Origin: Candidatus Gottesmanbacteria bacterium
Lineage (GTDB): Bacteria; Patescibacteriota; Microgenomatia; UBA10105; UBA927
DNA length: 64,000 nucleotides
Direction of reading: 5' to 3'
Assembly: GCA_963714095.1 (NCBI GenBank)
Contig: OY970230.1
Span: 895,907 to 959,906, forward strand
The notes under the pieces were generated by a model. That model made no database searches. It saw only the letters and a program-made list of their open reading frames with translations, and was not told the origin of the DNA. A program made the translations under genes and the position numbers. Positions 61,444 to 64,000 of the stretch are shown in pieces (positions within the stretch are counted from its first letter, which is position 1; each line of letters opens with the position of its first letter).

Positions 61444-63213
61444 TTATTTCACCGTGACACTTTTGGCGAGGTTACGGGGCATATCGGGGTCTAGTCCTTT
61501 TGCAATTGTCAGATAATAGGCTAAGAGTTGTGCGACAACGACGTTTGGCATAATGGTTGCTTCACCCGCATCCGGCACCTGTATAAAATAATCAAACACC
61601 TCGTGGTTTTTATGGGAAATGCCGATAATATTCCCGCCGCGCGCTTTCATTTCCATAGCACCGGCAAGATTGGCGCCGAATGTTTCATCTGATGGGGTAA
61701 ACACGATGCACGGGGTGCCGTGGGTAATGAGCGCCAGTGGACCGTGTTTCAACTCACCGGCCGCCAGCCCTTCTGCATGGATGTAGGAAATCTCCTTAAT
61801 TTTTAATGCGGCTTCAAGCGCCGTCGGGTACGAAAGTCCTCGGCCGATCACATAGATATGTTCCGTTTTTCTGAGCTCTGTTGCAAGTTTTTTTATTTTA
61901 TCAACTGAGGGAGAGGCGAGTACTTTTTTCATGGACAAGACCGCGCGGGTCAGAACTGTAATTCCTTCGGGTGTTTTATCCGAGACTGCATATGCAAGAA
62001 GTAATAAATGAGCAAGCATTCCGATAAATGCTTTCGTGGAGGCAACGCCTTTTTCCGGCCCCGCATCAATAAGCGTCTTGTAATCCGCCGCCCGATACAG
62101 AGAACTGCCCAGCACATTAACGAGCGCCATAATTTTTGCGCCTTTCTGTTTGGCCTTTTTCACCGATTCCAAAATGTCCATTGTCTCCCCGGATTGGGAA
62201 ATAGCGATAACAAGACTGTCACGGGTCAGGAAATCCAGATGGTAGCCGAATTCGCTTCCTATGGCGACGTTGACATGACGTTTGGCTATCTTTGAAAACA
62301 AATACTCGCCGGCAATTGCCGCGTAGGACGCCGTGCCGCACCCGACCAGATATGCGCCGCGGGATTTTTTGATATGCCCCGCATACGCCTCAGTATAGGA
62401 AGCATTTGCGGCAATATCCGAAACGACCCCCGGCTGTTCATAGATTTCCTTCAGCATAAAATACGGATACTCACCCTTTTCGGCCTCACTTACGCTCCAC
62501 GTCAGGTGCTGTTTTTTTGGATAGACGTGTTCACCGGTTTTCGCATCAAAGAGAATAACCCCATGGTCTGCGATAATCGCCATTTGGTCATCCTCCAAAA
62601 AATGTACCTGTTTGGTATGAGGCAGAAGTGCAGCCGCATCGCTTGCAATAAAGTTTTCACCGTCGCCGAAACCGATGACAAGCGGGGATCCGTTTCGTGC
62701 CGCGATAAGTTTGTGGTCCTTCACGTCTATGACGATGATTGCATTTAAGCCTTTCATTTCGTTGAACGCTTTTTGGACGGCTTTGGTAAACATCATCGTT
62801 TTGGCATATTCCTCAATAAGATGTACAGCAACTTCCGTATCCGTTTCGCTGCGGAATTTGTGGCCTTTGGCAAGGAGTCGCTTTTTAACCGCTTCATAAT
62901 TTTCGAAAATCCCGTTGTGGATGAGGGCGATTGTGCCCGTGCAGTCCAGATGCGGATGGGCGTTAACATCAGTTACGCCGCCGTGGGTGGCCCACCGGGT
63001 ATGCCCGAACGCCAGCGTACTTTTAGGAAGCTCATTTACCGTAGCTGCCCCTATTTTTCCGGCCTTCTTTTTTACAACGATCATTTTTTTACCCAATGGC
63101 ACAGCCGCAACACCCCAGGAGTCATATCCCCGGTATTCAAGACGCTTGAGTCCCTCAAGAACTATCGTTGCCGCATTGGATTTATTTCCTACGTATCCGA
63201 ATATTCCGCACAT
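61444..63213 (-). CDS. glmS: Glutamine--fructose-6-phosphate aminotransferase
   Basis: MCGIFG, GHTRWATHG, SQSGET, ELKHGP, PRNLAKSVT. Confidence 0.97.
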   Translation of the reverse strand: MCGIFGYVGNKSNAATIVLEGLKRLEYRGYDSWGVAAVPLGKKMIVVKKKAGKIGAATVNELPKSTLAFGHTRWATHGGVTDVNAHPHLDCTGTIALIHNGIFENYEAVKKRLLAKGHKFRSETDTEVAVHLIEEYAKTMMFTKAVQKAFNEMKGLNAIIVIDVKDHKLIAARNGSPLVIGFGDGENFIASDAAALLPHTKQVHFLEDDQMAIIADHGVILFDAKTGEHVYPKKQHLTWSVSEAEKGEYPYFMLKEIYEQPGVVSDIAANASYTEAYAGHIKKSRGAYLVGCGTASYAAIAGEYLFSKIAKRHVNVAIGSEFGYHLDFLTRDSLVIAISQSGETMDILESVKKAKQKGAKIMALVNVLGSSLYRAADYKTLIDAGPEKGVASTKAFIGMLAHLLLLAYAVSDKTPEGITVLTRAVLSMKKVLASPSVDKIKKLATELRKTEHIYVIGRGLSYPTALEAALKIKEISYIHAEGLAAGELKHGPLALITHGTPCIVFTPSDETFGANLAGAMEMKARGGNIIGISHKNHEVFDYFIQVPDAGEATIMPNVVVAQLLAYYLTIAKGLDPDMPRNLAKSVTVK

Positions 63214-63268
63214 ACGAAGTAATAGTAGTCAATTGCGCAGTGGTAATCAAGTGTGGTACAACAGGAAC

Positions 63269-63895
63269 GTGAAAAAACACACGTATATTTCCGTGATGGG
63301 CACCATGGGCAGCGGAAAAACGACGGCAGCAAAACTTATTGCCAAAGCATTCCGTTTTCAGCTCATAGAAGAAAAGTTCGGTGAGAATGCGTTTCTCCCG
63401 CGGTTTTATTCGGATATGAAACGGTGGGCGTTCCATAGCCAAACTTTTTTTCTCATGGAAAAAATCAATCAGATGTTGGAAACACCCTCGCTTCTGGTTA
63501 AACATTCCCTCGTACAGGACACGCCTATACAGCAGGATGCATTTTCCTACGCAAAGGCCCAACACGTATTGGGGAATATTGATGATGCCGAGTGGCGCCT
63601 GTACCAAAAAATTTATAATTCTTTTGAGCCGTATTTTCCGAAACCGGATATTATCGTGTATCTGGAGACGACCGTGCCGGCACTCGTTGAGCGTATTGAT
63701 AAACGCGGCAGGGGATATGAACAGAATATTCCGCATAGTTACGTGGAGCTTCTCGATATGCTCAATAAGCGGTGGCTATCGGAAAATAAAACTATTCCTG
63801 TTATGATAATTGAAACGGACGAACTCAATATTGCACAGAAGAAATCCGCGCAAATGAAGTTTCTGGATCAAATTAAAAAACGCATAAAAATATGA
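63269..63895 (+). CDS. Deoxynucleoside kinase
   Basis: GTMGSGKTT, FLPRFY, PDIIVYL, RGRGYE; GTG start. Confidence 0.88.
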   Translation: MKKHTYISVMGTMGSGKTTAAKLIAKAFRFQLIEEKFGENAFLPRFYSDMKRWAFHSQTFFLMEKINQMLETPSLLVKHSLVQDTPIQQDAFSYAKAQHVLGNIDDAEWRLYQKIYNSFEPYFPKPDIIVYLETTVPALVERIDKRGRGYEQNIPHSYVELLDMLNKRWLSENKTIPVMIIETDELNIAQKKSAQMKFLDQIKKRIKI

Positions 63896-64000
63896 ATCCG
63901 ACTTTCAGGAATGTAAAGGTATTGATTTGGGATTTTGACGGAACGCTGTATAAGCCGAATGCGGAGCTGTTTGCCGCGGTCCGCGAAGGAGAATATAAGG
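63892..64000 (+). CDS. HAD family hydrolase, partial (runs off the window)
   Basis: MNPTFRNVKVLIWDFDGTLY. Confidence 0.75.
   Translation, partial: MNPTFRNVKVLIWDFDGTLYKPNAELFAAVREGEYK

Noticed and set aside
63214-63268. glmS ribozyme
   Set aside because: The gap is only 55 bp and holds divergent promoters
62915-63268. N-terminal extensions in the ORF track (also at 4525, 11210, 50777, 52995 and 55380)
   Set aside because: They overlap opposite or adjacent genes; -10 elements point to internal starts

Overview
Chromosomal window of a genetic-code-11 Patescibacteria/CPR bacterium, most likely Microgenomates; this assignment is inferred from 16S primer-site variants, the stand-alone 16S gene and gene content. 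It holds an expanded tRNA-Thr/Tyr/Thr-rpmG-tRNA-Trp-secE-nusG-rplK-rplA region, def-fmt, mreB-mrdA-dprA-topA, a 16S rRNA gene unlinked from 23S with a ~100-nt V1 expansion, a probable 6S RNA, six tRNAs, tdh-kbl, two P-type ATPases, dcd and glmS. The main novelty candidate is a ~7.4-kb element integrated in tRNA-Ile(GAT) with 67-bp att repeats. It carries a tyrosine integrase, an HTH/DnaD-like replication initiator with internal iterons, a candidate PD-(D/E)xK nuclease, a repeat-peptide plus membrane-protein operon, and a divergent control region with an unusual switch-like structured RNA leader. Window-wide patterns are pervasive near-leaderless genes and solitary self-promoted orphan genes wedged between core genes. 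A poly-C frameshifted hydrolase may be phase-variable. All calls are by eye, with no database searches.
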